From assembly GCA_965237675.1 (NCBI GenBank), contig OZ250150.1:1856001-1920000 (forward strand): a stretch of 64,000 nt of DNA, written 5' to 3'. Shown here in pieces: positions 29,020 through 38,967 of this stretch. The notes beneath the pieces are model-generated. The model was not told the origin of the DNA. It saw nothing but the letters and a program-made list of their open reading frames with translations, and made no database searches. Position 1 is the first letter of the stretch; the number at the start of each line of letters is the position of its first letter. The stretch comes from Candidatus Latescibacterota bacterium (GTDB taxonomy: Bacteria > Latescibacterota > UBA2968 > GCA-2709665). Made by a program: the position numbers and the translations under genes.

Positions 29020-30921
29020 ATGTCCGAAACAAAATCGACATTGCGGAGTCCAGGTCAGCTTTCGCTTACCATTAACGGGAAACCCGCGTCCTCCCCGAGT
29101 TCGTCCCGCAAACGTAACAATGGAGCATCGCCCGAACACGGGTACGATGAGTCCAAGGTCAAGACGCTGAGTTCACTCGAGCACATTCGTCTCCGCACCG
29201 GCATGTACATCGGCCGGCCGGGCGACGGGTCCAATCCGGATGACGGCATCTACGTTCTGCTCAAGGAAGTCATCGACAATGCCGTAGACGAATTCATTAT
29301 GGGCTTCGGAAAAAAGATCGACGCCAGCATCGAAGGCAACCGGGTCCGGGTTCGGGACTACGGCCGCGGCATCCCCCTGGGCAAAGTCATCGACTGCGTT
29401 TCCATCATCAACACCGGCGCCAAGTACAACGACGATGTCTTCCAGTTCAGCGTGGGCCTCAACGGGGTGGGCACGAAGGCCGTCAACGCCCTCTCTTCCG
29501 ATTTCAGGGCGGTTGCCTTCCGGGACGGCAATTACTTCGAAGCACGCTTCGAACGCGGCCGCCTGAAGCGGAAAATGGAGGGTCGGAAGCCAGGCGAACC
29601 CGACGGCTCCTATTTTGAATTCCTGCCGGATGTTGAGATATTCGGCGAAGACTACGCGTTCAATTTCGACTACGTCAAACAGCGGATGTGGAACTACGCC
29701 TGCCTGAACAGCGGGCTCGCGCTGGTCTTCAACAAGGATCGCTTTGTATCCCGGAACGGACTGCTGGACTTTCTCACCCGCGAAGTCGGCGAAACGGCTC
29801 TCTACGAACCCCTCTATTACAAATCTCAATACCTCGAGTTCGCATTCACCCACACGGTCAGCTACGGCGAAACGTACTTCTCTTTCGTCAACGGCCAACT
29901 CACCAGCGACGGCGGGGCCCACCAGAGCGCCTTCCGCGAAGGCATCCTCAAGGGCGTGAATGAATTCTACAAGAAGAACCACGACGGCATCGACGTTCGG
30001 GAGAGCATTTCCGGCGCCGTCGCCGTCAAACTCAAGGCCCCTGTCTTCGAGTCCCAGACCAAGAACAAACTGGGGAATACGGATATCCGGGGGTGGATTG
30101 TCACGGATGTCAAGAGCGCCGTGGTCGACCTTCTCCACAAGAACCAGACCGCGGCCCAACGCTTGTCCGAAAAGATCGCCCAGAACGAACGGCTGAGAAA
30201 GGAACTCAACGCCGTCAGGAAAGAGGCCAAAGAGGCAGCGCGAAAAATCGCGATCAAAATTCCTCATTTCAAAGACTGCAAATACCACCTGGGCCACAAA
30301 AAGCACGGCGAGGACTCGACCATCTTCATCACCGAAGGCCCTTCCGCGGCGGGCTCAATGGTCGCCGCGCGCGACGTTTACAGCCAGGCGATCTTCGGCC
30401 TCAAGGGCGTTCCTCTGAACGTATTCGGCAAGAACAAGGCAGCCGTGTACAAGAACGAGGAACTGTTCAACCTCATGATGGCGCTCGGCATCGAAGACGG
30501 CATCGAAAACCTGCGTTTCAACAAAATTGTCATCGCCACCGATGCCGACCATGACGGCTACCATATCCGGTACCTGCTCCTCACGTATTTCCTGAATTAT
30601 TTCGAGGAACTGGTGTTGGCCGGCCACCTTTATATTCTTGAAACCCCGCTTTTCCGCGTGCGAAACAGCAAGGTCACCCGCTACTGCTACAACAATCGGG
30701 AGCGCGACAGTGCCCTGGAGGAGATCAAAAACCCCGAGATTACCCGTTTTAAAGGCCTCGGGGAGATCTCGCCCGGAGAATTCGGGCAGTTCATCGGCGA
30801 CGATATGCGACTTGTCAAAGTCAATATCAGGTCCATCTCCGAAATCCCCGATACGCTCAGTTTTTACATGGGCAAGAACACCCCCGAACGCAGGGACTAC
30901 ATTATCGAAAATCTGATCTGA
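29020..30921 (+). CDS. parE: DNA topoisomerase IV subunit B
   Basis: EHIRLRTGMYIG, EVIDNAVDE, DYGRGIP, GLNGVG, TEGPSA, IATDADHDG, TRFKGLGEI. Start at ATG 29020. Confidence 0.93.
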   Translation: MSETKSTLRSPGQLSLTINGKPASSPSSSRKRNNGASPEHGYDESKVKTLSSLEHIRLRTGMYIGRPGDGSNPDDGIYVLLKEVIDNAVDEFIMGFGKKIDASIEGNRVRVRDYGRGIPLGKVIDCVSIINTGAKYNDDVFQFSVGLNGVGTKAVNALSSDFRAVAFRDGNYFEARFERGRLKRKMEGRKPGEPDGSYFEFLPDVEIFGEDYAFNFDYVKQRMWNYACLNSGLALVFNKDRFVSRNGLLDFLTREVGETALYEPLYYKSQYLEFAFTHTVSYGETYFSFVNGQLTSDGGAHQSAFREGILKGVNEFYKKNHDGIDVRESISGAVAVKLKAPVFESQTKNKLGNTDIRGWIVTDVKSAVVDLLHKNQTAAQRLSEKIAQNERLRKELNAVRKEAKEAARKIAIKIPHFKDCKYHLGHKKHGEDSTIFITEGPSAAGSMVAARDVYSQAIFGLKGVPLNVFGKNKAAVYKNEELFNLMMALGIEDGIENLRFNKIVIATDADHDGYHIRYLLLTYFLNYFEELVLAGHLYILETPLFRVRNSKVTRYCYNNRERDSALEEIKNPEITRFKGLGEISPGEFGQFIGDDMRLVKVNIRSISEIPDTLSFYMGKNTPERRDYIIENLI

Positions 30922-30969
30922 ACACCCCGTCGATCCCCCTCGCAAGGAATACAGGGGTCCGGAGAAACC

Positions 30970-32859
30970 GTGGCATACGTCGACACCCTGTACGACAGAT
31001 ATTATCTCGAATTCGCGTCCTATTCCATCAAGAACCGGGCGATCCCCAACATCGACGACGGCTTCAAGCCGGTTCAGCGGCGCATTCTGCACGCCCTGTA
31101 TGAGATGCACGACGGCAAGTACCACAAGGTCGCCAACGTCGTGGGCCAGACCATGCGGTACCATCCCCACGGCGACCTCTCGATCTTCGGCGCCCTCGTG
31201 AACCTGGCCAACAAGGAATTGTTCATCGACAGGCAGGGCAATTTCGGCAACATCTTCACCGGCGATGAGGCCTCCGCCGCACGCTATATCGAATGCCGCC
31301 TCACGCCACTTGCAAGAGAGGTTCTCTTCAACCCCGAGATAACCGAATACGAAGACTCCTACGATGGTCGCAACCGTGAACCGATCGCTTTTCCCGCCAA
31401 AATCCCGGTCCTGCTCGCCATTGGCTCAGAGGGCATTGCCGTCGGCATGACCACCCGCATTCTCCCGCACAACCTCATCGAACTGCTCGAAGCGCAGATT
31501 GCCTGCCTGCAGGGCAAACCCTTCCGGGTCCAACCCGACTTTCCCACAGGCGGCCTGGTCGACGTTTCTCAATACGATGACGGCAACGGCAAGGTTCTCG
31601 CCCGCGCCAAACTGGACACCAGAGATCCGAAACGCATCGTCGTGCGCGAACTGCCCTACGGCACGACAACCGAAACCCTCATTGCCTCCGTCGAAGACGC
31701 TTCGAAAAAAGGCAAACTCAAAATCTCGGGTATCAGCGACTATACGACCGATCAGGTGGAAATCGAAATCCAGCTCGCCCGCGGCGTACACACCAAGGAC
31801 ACCGTCCACGCTCTGTTCGCGTTTACGGACTGTGAGACGTCGATAGCGGCGAATCTGCTGGTCATTCGGGACAACCGGCCGGAGATCACGTCCGTGACCG
31901 AAGTGATCGAATACAACACGGTCCGCCTGGTCGACATTTTCAAAGCCGAACTCAAACTCGAAGAGAGGCAGCTGAAAGCGCGGTTGCACGCCAAAACGAT
32001 CGAGCAGATCTTTATTGAAAACCGGATTTACAAACGCATCGAAGAGGAAACCACCTCGGAGAAGGTCTACAGTGCCGTGTTCGACGGGCTGAAACCCTAC
32101 CAGGAGAGCATCGGGGCGGAAGTATCACGGGAGGACGTGGAGAACCTGCTCAAGATCCCGATCCGGCGCATCTCGCTCTACGATATCAACAAGGCCGAGG
32201 CGGAAATGCAGGATATCCACGGGCGCCTCAGGGAGGTCCGCGCCGACCTGCGCGGCATCCATGCGTTCGCGGTTGCGTTTCTCGAGGGCATCATCAAGAA
32301 ATATCGCAACGATCACCCCCGAAAAACCGAGATCGCAAGCATCCAGAAGGCCGATGTTCGGGAGGCCGCCCAGCGCATTCTCAAGCTGCGCTACGATAAG
32401 AATACGGGTTACCTGGGCCACCAGGTCAATGGCGGCGCCCTCTTCGACGTGTCTCCGTACGACCGTGTTCTGGTGATCCGTAAAACCGGCACGTACTCCG
32501 TGATGGACGCTCCCGAAAAACTCTTCGTGGACAAGGGCATGCTTTTCTGCGAATTTGTGGACGAAGACCGCGTCTACAATCTTCTCTACAAGGAGAACAA
32601 AACCGGATATCTCTACATAAAACGGTGCAGAATCGACAGATTCATCCTGAACCGGGGATATGAATTGGCGCCCGAAGGCTGCCGAATCATGAAACTCACG
32701 ACCGACTCCAACCGCACCGTCCAGGCCCGTTTCAAACCCAGGCCTCGTGTGAGAATCACCGAAGAGGAATTCGTCATCGCAGACTATCCCGTTCGCGGCA
32801 ACAAAGCCAGGGGAATTCGCCTGGCCAACCGCGAGATCCAGACCGCCAAGTTCACCTGA
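30970..32859 (+). CDS. parC: DNA topoisomerase IV subunit A, short C-terminal domain type
   Basis: RAIPNIDDGFKPVQRRIL, YHPHGD, ASAARYIECRL (catalytic Tyr), PDFPTGG; no GyrA-box seen. Confidence 0.92.
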   Translation: MAYVDTLYDRYYLEFASYSIKNRAIPNIDDGFKPVQRRILHALYEMHDGKYHKVANVVGQTMRYHPHGDLSIFGALVNLANKELFIDRQGNFGNIFTGDEASAARYIECRLTPLAREVLFNPEITEYEDSYDGRNREPIAFPAKIPVLLAIGSEGIAVGMTTRILPHNLIELLEAQIACLQGKPFRVQPDFPTGGLVDVSQYDDGNGKVLARAKLDTRDPKRIVVRELPYGTTTETLIASVEDASKKGKLKISGISDYTTDQVEIEIQLARGVHTKDTVHALFAFTDCETSIAANLLVIRDNRPEITSVTEVIEYNTVRLVDIFKAELKLEERQLKARLHAKTIEQIFIENRIYKRIEEETTSEKVYSAVFDGLKPYQESIGAEVSREDVENLLKIPIRRISLYDINKAEAEMQDIHGRLREVRADLRGIHAFAVAFLEGIIKKYRNDHPRKTEIASIQKADVREAAQRILKLRYDKNTGYLGHQVNGGALFDVSPYDRVLVIRKTGTYSVMDAPEKLFVDKGMLFCEFVDEDRVYNLLYKENKTGYLYIKRCRIDRFILNRGYELAPEGCRIMKLTTDSNRTVQARFKPRPRVRITEEEFVIADYPVRGNKARGIRLANREIQTAKFT

Positions 32860-32948
32860 ACCCATCCACAGGGCCGGAAGCGGAACGGGAGACACGACCG
32901 GACGTGCCTCCTTTTTCATCTCCCCGCGCAACGAAATGAGAGGCCTAT

Positions 32949-33713
32949 ATGTCACCGAAACCCCTTGCGGATCTCCTCGACCTGTCCGGGCAGGTCGCCA
33001 TCGTCACCGGCGCCAGCCGGGGCATCGGCAAAAGCATCGCCGAGGTCTTTCACCAGGCGGGCGCCAGCCTCACCCTGGTCGCGCGCAATGCCGGCCCGCT
33101 GAAAGCGGTCGCCGATACGCTTTCGGCCCGCGGGGACGTGCTCGCCGCTCCGGCCGACGTTGCGGACGAGTTGCAGATCGACGTCTTTGTTCAAAGGACC
33201 CTGAAGACGTTCGGCCGCGTCGACATACTGGTCAATAACGCGGGCCTGGTGAGCCCGGGTCCCTATACCGGCGTCGACCCGGGCGAGTGGCAGCGGGTGA
33301 TCGGCGTGAATCTCACGGGCGCGTATCTCTGCTGCCTGGCGGCGGCCCCCCACATGGAAAAACGGAAAAGCGGCCGAATCATCAACATTTCGTCCATCAG
33401 CGGCCAGACCGGCGGCGTCTCCGGCGGGGTCCACTACGCCAGTTCCAAGGCCGGTATGCTCGGCATGACCAAAACCCTTTCCCGCGATCTGGCCTCGAGC
33501 AACGTCACGGTCAACGCCATCACGCCGGGCGTCATCGAAACCAGCGTTGAGATCTCTCCGGAAAACCGTATCAGAATCAATGAACTTATACCCCTGGGTT
33601 ATATCGGGAAACCCGAGGAAATCGCCTATTCGGCCCTCTTCCTGGCCTCGCGGATGGGCGCGTATATCACCGGCGCCACGATCGACGTGAACGGCGGGAT
33701 TCTGAAGCGATAA
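32949..33713 (+). CDS. SDR family (FabG-like) oxidoreductase
   Basis: TGASRGIG, NNAG, YASSK, VNAITPG, DVNGG. Confidence 0.92.
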   Translation: MSPKPLADLLDLSGQVAIVTGASRGIGKSIAEVFHQAGASLTLVARNAGPLKAVADTLSARGDVLAAPADVADELQIDVFVQRTLKTFGRVDILVNNAGLVSPGPYTGVDPGEWQRVIGVNLTGAYLCCLAAAPHMEKRKSGRIINISSISGQTGGVSGGVHYASSKAGMLGMTKTLSRDLASSNVTVNAITPGVIETSVEISPENRIRINELIPLGYIGKPEEIAYSALFLASRMGAYITGATIDVNGGILKR

Positions 33714-33887
33714 AAGAAGCTATCAGCTATCAGCGGTTAGCTGTCAGCTAAAAACGAAAGGCAAAAGGCGGATTGCCATACGGACTGGCGATGCCAATGC
33801 ACGACGACCGCGGGCGGGGGGACCTCTCCCCCCGGCCCCGCGCCGAGCGGCGCCCGTCGCGAGAAACCCCTGAAATTGGAGATTGAT

Positions 33888-35078
33888 ATGACAACTCAAC
33901 AAGCGGAGTGGACGCCTGGTATCGAAACGTTCGACTCACTACTGTCGCGGATCAAGTCAAAACCCGAGGAGGTGCGGTGGACAGACATCGCCTGGGAAAC
34001 TGACCTCTGGAAAGCCCGACGGCGCGCGGCTGCCGTGCGCAGACCGCTGTTTATCTGGTCGATGAACGGCAACCCGCTCGGCTGCGTCTGAAACAACGGT
34101 ATCGCGGGCCGTGAGTCCGTCTTCTCCCATCCGGAGGTGATCCGGATCCTCAACGAATCTTTCGTATCCGTTGCGGACAATTGCAGTTATACCCAGACCC
34201 AGAAAGACGCCAAGGGCGAGTTCTTCCGCCTCGTGGCCGAACAGGGCCATTACGGAGGCCGCACCCAACCCACGGCAACCCGGCAGGGCCTGTACGCCTG
34301 CACGTCGGACGGCGAGTTGCTGGGGTCCATAAACACGCGGGATGCCGGCCCGTTCCTGGAGCTGCTTGAGCGGAGCCTGGTAAGGTGGCGAGAACGCCCG
34401 GACAACGGCGCAGCGGGTGAAATCCCTGAAACCTATCCCATCGATCCCAGACTCGGATGGTCCTATCCGGAAAACGGCCTGGCGCTCAAAGTCACGGTTC
34501 GGGACCTGCCGCGGAATTCCGAAGACCTCGACACACGGCACAACATCGACTTCGCGTGGTTTACCGAAGAGGAGGTCCGGTCTCTGGTGCCTGAGAATGC
34601 CCGGCCCGGCCAGACGCATCGCGCACCGGGCTGGTTTACCAGGCGTCTCGCCCTGCGCCACTTCATCGACACGGTTCGCGGGCAATCGCCCGGATGGCGG
34701 GAAGAAAACCTGAAAGAAGGCGAGATAAGCCTGACCGTCGAATCCACCGAATCCGACCGCATTCGTCTCCGCCTGGAGGGTCGCATCCACCTGGAAGCGG
34801 AACCCACGCTCGAGAGCAATCCCTTCAGCGGCCTGACCGTGGACAAGCCCCGGGGGCTGAAGCTGAGCCTGTTCGGCCACCTGACATACAATCCCGGGCG
34901 GCAGCACATAGAGGCCTTCGATGCGGTCGCCGCCGGGCCCCGCTGGGGCTGTACGACCTACAATGTCCGGTTCGACGACCCCGGCCCCGCGCCCATCGGT
35001 TTCGCCTTCGAACGCGGGTCGGGCGATCCCATCGAACGGACCCCTCCCGCTGCGATGGGGCCGAGGTACTTTGCTTAA
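33888..35078 (+). CDS. Probable selenoprotein, thioredoxin-like/SelN-like, with in-frame UGA at 34089-34091
   Basis: ORFs 33876-34091 and 34137-35078 are in the same frame and separated only by TGA: ...MNGNPLGCV-U-NNGIAGRESVFSHPEVIRILNESFVSVAD...; GGAG before ATG 33888; hairpin ACGGT-ATCGCGG-GCCGT just after the UGA. Confidence 0.75.
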
Positions 35079-35595
35079 CGACTCTTTTTGAGATGCAGGA
35101 TAAGGATCGGATGGTCCCTGCGACCGGTAGTGCAGGGATATGCCAAAAGCGCCTCGGTGAAGAGCCGAGGCGCTTTTGGTGGCAACTATACTGCTTTATT
35201 CGCGAATCATTCATCTCAGCCTCCACAATGACTTGCCGAGGCGTTGAGGAAGTGGGTTTGAAGGTGGGGCAGACATTCCTGTCTGCCCTTCTAACGGTCC
35301 TTCCGCCGGGCTGCGGACAGAATAACCCATGTCGCACCGCAGCCGCGGACAATGGGGAGTAGGGGCAGGTTTCAAACCTGCCCCTACGGTTGGAGTATCG
35401 GGACGCACCTCATGCTGGCATCGAGCCAGATTGTTCCGGCCTGCGAGGCAGCACAACGGTACCCACCTCAGGTGCGGTATCCATGGATAGGCGCGAGCTT
35501 CCAGGCCGCTCCCTGAAATTGTCGATGCGCTCGCGTTTCGCTGCACTTCGACAGTCTGGCCTCAATCGGATGGTCTCTGCGGCCAATATTGCGGC

Positions 35596-35960
35596 TATAT
35601 ACTAAAAGCGCCACGATGAAGAGCTGAGGCGCCTTTAGTATATATCGGTGCATTTCTTCTCGGACCGCAAGTCCAAGAATCATAGGGTCAATATATAGTC
35701 ATTGTGGATTTTTAAGTCTCGTGAAATTCTTGATTTTTGGAATATCGCCAGGTAAACTCGCAATCCCTCTGTGTGGGGGTACCCATCCATTGATGCCCCT
35801 TAAACGGTTGGCCCCCGCATTACGTGCATGTCTACCGTTTAGATGCGTCCATCTAAGGTCGACATGTCTTTGGATGGGTGACGTAACGCGGGGGCCTAGA
35901 TTTCTGTACTAACTCCAAGGTGATATTATATATACCCAACATTACTTTGCTGTCAAGTGT
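35596..35960 (-). ncRNA. Candidate structured non-coding RNA, family unassigned
   Basis: Several long complementary segments (35810-35825/35881-35896; 35781-35789/35871-35879; 35596-35612/35628-35644); the A-C mismatches in two of these helices become G-U only on the minus strand; TTGACA and a TATATATAAT tract upstream on the minus strand. Confidence 0.45.
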
Positions 35961-36492
35961 TTTTTGTCGGAACAACCCCATTCTCAAGAGGAAAAGCGGT
36001 AAGTCTCTTGATTTCAAAAGCATTCTCTGAAGTAGAATATGGCGAATTTCAACGCTGTCTCGAATCGCTTGCTCGACATCTTCCTTGGGATATTGATCGT
36101 AAACTTATACATCGACGGAACAGGACATGGTACGCCTCCCAACGATGTAAATTGCCGACTGGTTTTCGGGCAACGTAATTCAGCCTGGCCCTACGGTTGT
36201 CTACGGTCCCTCTATTCTGAACCTCGATTTCCCCGGGTCTGCCCTCAGCATGGGTGGCAGGTGACCGTTCAATCCCATCCGTCGAAGCACTTCACCGCAG
36301 ATTCGACTGTTCAGGGCGAAGCTGCCCAGGCCGAGGAGACTCGCCGGAGCTCCGCGGACGATCCGTCAAACTCGAGAAGGAAGTCACGATCCGAGAATTG
36401 GGTGAGACTGCGCGGAAGTTCAGTCATGACGCTCCGATCGGGGCCGTCGTCGCCTGGGGGCCGGCACGGCCTCCTCGATACGTTGTACACGG

Positions 36493-37518
36493 TCAGCCTT
36501 TCCGGTCTCCGCCGTTTCTGTACCTCGCCTGCCGGTCCGCCGCCTCCAGCCTTTTACCGTAGTTGTCGCTCGCCGCGTCGAGCTTCCCGCGCACGTCTGC
36601 ATGCAGCTTCAGTGCCGCACCGGCCAGTATTTCGTCCACGTGGTCCGTACTCTCGGGGCCGGCCAGCACCGACGTCACCTCCGGGCGGTCCAGCACCCAT
36701 GCGACGCATATCTGTGCCCGGCTGACGTCCAGCTTTCCGGCGGCCTCGTCCAGCGCGGCATGCATCCCCGCCAGCGGGGAACCCGGATCTGCTTCGTACC
36801 GGGGCGACAGCCGGCCGGCGTCCATCGGGCTGAACGCGATCAGCCCGAGTCCCAGGGCGCGTACGACCGGAAACATCTCGCGCTCCAGCTTTCGGACCCT
36901 CGACTTGCCATCAGGTGTGAGGGAATATCCCGACACCGTGTAATAGTCCTCGATAACGGACGGCGGACTGCCGCCGGCCTCCCGGCCCAGAGCACAGCAT
37001 TCCGCCACACTTGCCGCCTCGTGGTTGGACACGCCCCAGAAGCGCGCTTTCCCCGATCGGACGAGATGATCCATAGATTCACAGATCTCCTCCGCCGGGG
37101 TCTTCCCGTCCGGCTGATGGAGCAGGTAGAGATCGACGAAATCGGTGCGCAGACGCTTCAGCGATCCCTCGAGCTGGCGCGTCAGATACTCCCGCGTGAA
37201 GTTCGGTGGTTCACCCACCGCTCCTCCACTCTCCGGAGGACCCCTTGCCGGTACCTTTGTGCATATGACGGCCTCGTCCCGCCGGCCCTCCAGCACTTTT
37301 CCGAGCAACTCCTCCGAGCCGCCCCATCCGTACGCGTAAGCCGAGTCGAAGAAGTTCACGCCCACGTCCAGGCAATGGCGTAGCACCCGCTCCGCCTCCG
37401 GATCGCGCGCGCACCGCTCCAGGTGACGGAAGGCGGTGCCCTGGCAGTACCGCGTCACCAGGAGATCGGTTAGCCCCAACCGTACGGGCGTCTGTCGCGA
37501 AGAACGTCCCATATTCAA
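36493..37518 (-). CDS. Aldo/keto reductase
   Basis: GVNFFDSAYAYGWGGSEELLG, ICTK, SLKRLRTDFVDLYLLHQPD, GVSN. Confidence 0.9.
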   Translation of the reverse strand: MNMGRSSRQTPVRLGLTDLLVTRYCQGTAFRHLERCARDPEAERVLRHCLDVGVNFFDSAYAYGWGGSEELLGKVLEGRRDEAVICTKVPARGPPESGGAVGEPPNFTREYLTRQLEGSLKRLRTDFVDLYLLHQPDGKTPAEEICESMDHLVRSGKARFWGVSNHEAASVAECCALGREAGGSPPSVIEDYYTVSGYSLTPDGKSRVRKLEREMFPVVRALGLGLIAFSPMDAGRLSPRYEADPGSPLAGMHAALDEAAGKLDVSRAQICVAWVLDRPEVTSVLAGPESTDHVDEILAGAALKLHADVRGKLDAASDNYGKRLEAADRQARYRNGGDRKG

Positions 37519-37690
37519 AGAAGCCCTATCGTCCGAACACGGCGGTCCAGCTGTTCATCGAGCGTTCGGGGTTCCCCCGTACTTTCAGGAAGAGGATAAG
37601 GGGGTAGATCTCGTCTGAGCCGGGACCTCTCCCCCCGGCTCCCTCGGATAAAGCTATCAGCTATCAGCCGTAAGCTGTCAGCTAAAGGCG

Positions 37691-37871
37691 GGACCTCTCC
37701 CCCCAGCCCCCTCTCCTAAAGGAAAGGGGGAGGTAAGCTGAGCGTTGCCTTACCGGTGTCTTGAATACGCTCTGATTGATAGGAAAACGCCATCTCGGCA
37801 CGTTCGCAGGCCCAGTACGTCGACCCATCACCGTTCCCCCTTCCTTCAGGAAGGGGGTTAGGGGGTAGGTC
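37691..37871. repeat. Composite REP-bounded dispersed repeat, copy A
   Basis: GGACCTCTCCCCC..CCCCCTCTCCT...CTCTGATTGAT.GGA.AACGCCATCTCG.CAC...TTCCCCCTTCCT..CAGGAAGGGGGTTAGGGGGTAGGTC; same architecture at 59924-60176. Confidence 0.75.
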
Positions 37872-37966
37872 ACGTCGCTACGTCCTTGACACCGCGCGTC
37901 GTCTGTGGCTTTATATGTTCCGTCATCCGGTCCGACCGACGTCGTCACCAATCAAGGAGCCTCTCC

Positions 37967-38947
37967 GTGAACGTCCCACCCAAAGACGGCATACGCGTTC
38001 CCGTCGAAGACCTGCGGCGTCTCGTATCCGGGATCTACGAGGCCGTCCCCGTGCCTTCCGAGCATGCCGGCCTGATCGCCGATCTGTTGGTCGACACCGA
38101 ACTTCGCGGCGTGGTCAGCCACGGCGTGGCCCAGGTGGAGCGATACGTCCGCTCGTTCCAGGAAGGCCGCGCCAATCCCGATCCGTCCATCCAGGTCCTT
38201 CACGAGGGCCCGACGACCGCCGCACTCAACGGGGACGGCGGTCTCGGAATGATCGTCGCCACCCGGGCGATGCAAATGGCCATTGCCAAAGCCAAAGAAC
38301 TCGGCATCGGCGTGGTCACCACCATCTATCACGACCATCTGGGAAGTTCGGGGAAGTACGTGCGGATGGCCCTGAAGGAGGACCTCATCGGCATCAGCCT
38401 CTCCGGTCGGAGCGCCGCCCCGTCCTACGACCACGCCAACAGCATCCGCGGCTCGATCCAGGGCAGTCCGCCGCTGGCCTTCGGGATGCCCGCGGGCCGG
38501 GGGCATCCGAATTTCCTGCTCGACTACGCGAGCCATTTCGCGGCGGATGACGAAGAGGTTCGCAAGAATCCGGCGGTTTTCGTGAAGGCCTTGGGCATGT
38601 CTCACGTGGCCAACATCCTCTCAGGGACCCTGGGGGGACAGATGCTGCCCGAATTCGACCGCCGATCCGTGAAGTTCCAGGGCGCCGACCAGTCCGGATT
38701 CCACATGGCGCTGGACGTGAACTGCTTCACCTCTCTTGACGCCTTCAAGGCGGACATGGACTACCTGATGGACGAGACGGCGAAGATGCAGCCTCTGCCC
38801 GGACTCAAGGACGCGGGTCTGCCGGGAACGAGGGCCTGGCGAAAAGAGGCCGACTATCGGGAGAACGGCGTTCCCATTGCCGCAAAGGCCGTAACGTCAC
38901 TCGAGGGCCTGGCCCGCGAGTTCTCTCTCCCGGTCCCCTGGAAGTAG
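37967..38947 (+). CDS. Ldh family (malate/L-lactate/sulfolactate dehydrogenase-like) oxidoreductase
   Basis: ELRGVVSHGV, LNGDGGLG, HLGS, C-terminal LPG. GTG 37967 after AGGAG. Confidence 0.88.
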   Translation: MNVPPKDGIRVPVEDLRRLVSGIYEAVPVPSEHAGLIADLLVDTELRGVVSHGVAQVERYVRSFQEGRANPDPSIQVLHEGPTTAALNGDGGLGMIVATRAMQMAIAKAKELGIGVVTTIYHDHLGSSGKYVRMALKEDLIGISLSGRSAAPSYDHANSIRGSIQGSPPLAFGMPAGRGHPNFLLDYASHFAADDEEVRKNPAVFVKALGMSHVANILSGTLGGQMLPEFDRRSVKFQGADQSGFHMALDVNCFTSLDAFKADMDYLMDETAKMQPLPGLKDAGLPGTRAWRKEADYRENGVPIAAKAVTSLEGLAREFSLPVPWK

Positions 38948-38967
38948 GGTCCAGGCTCAGCAGGTCT

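Noticed and set aside
28954-32859. gyrB/gyrA assignment
   Set aside because: The short A subunit lacks a GyrA-box and the motif variants fit topoisomerase IV better.
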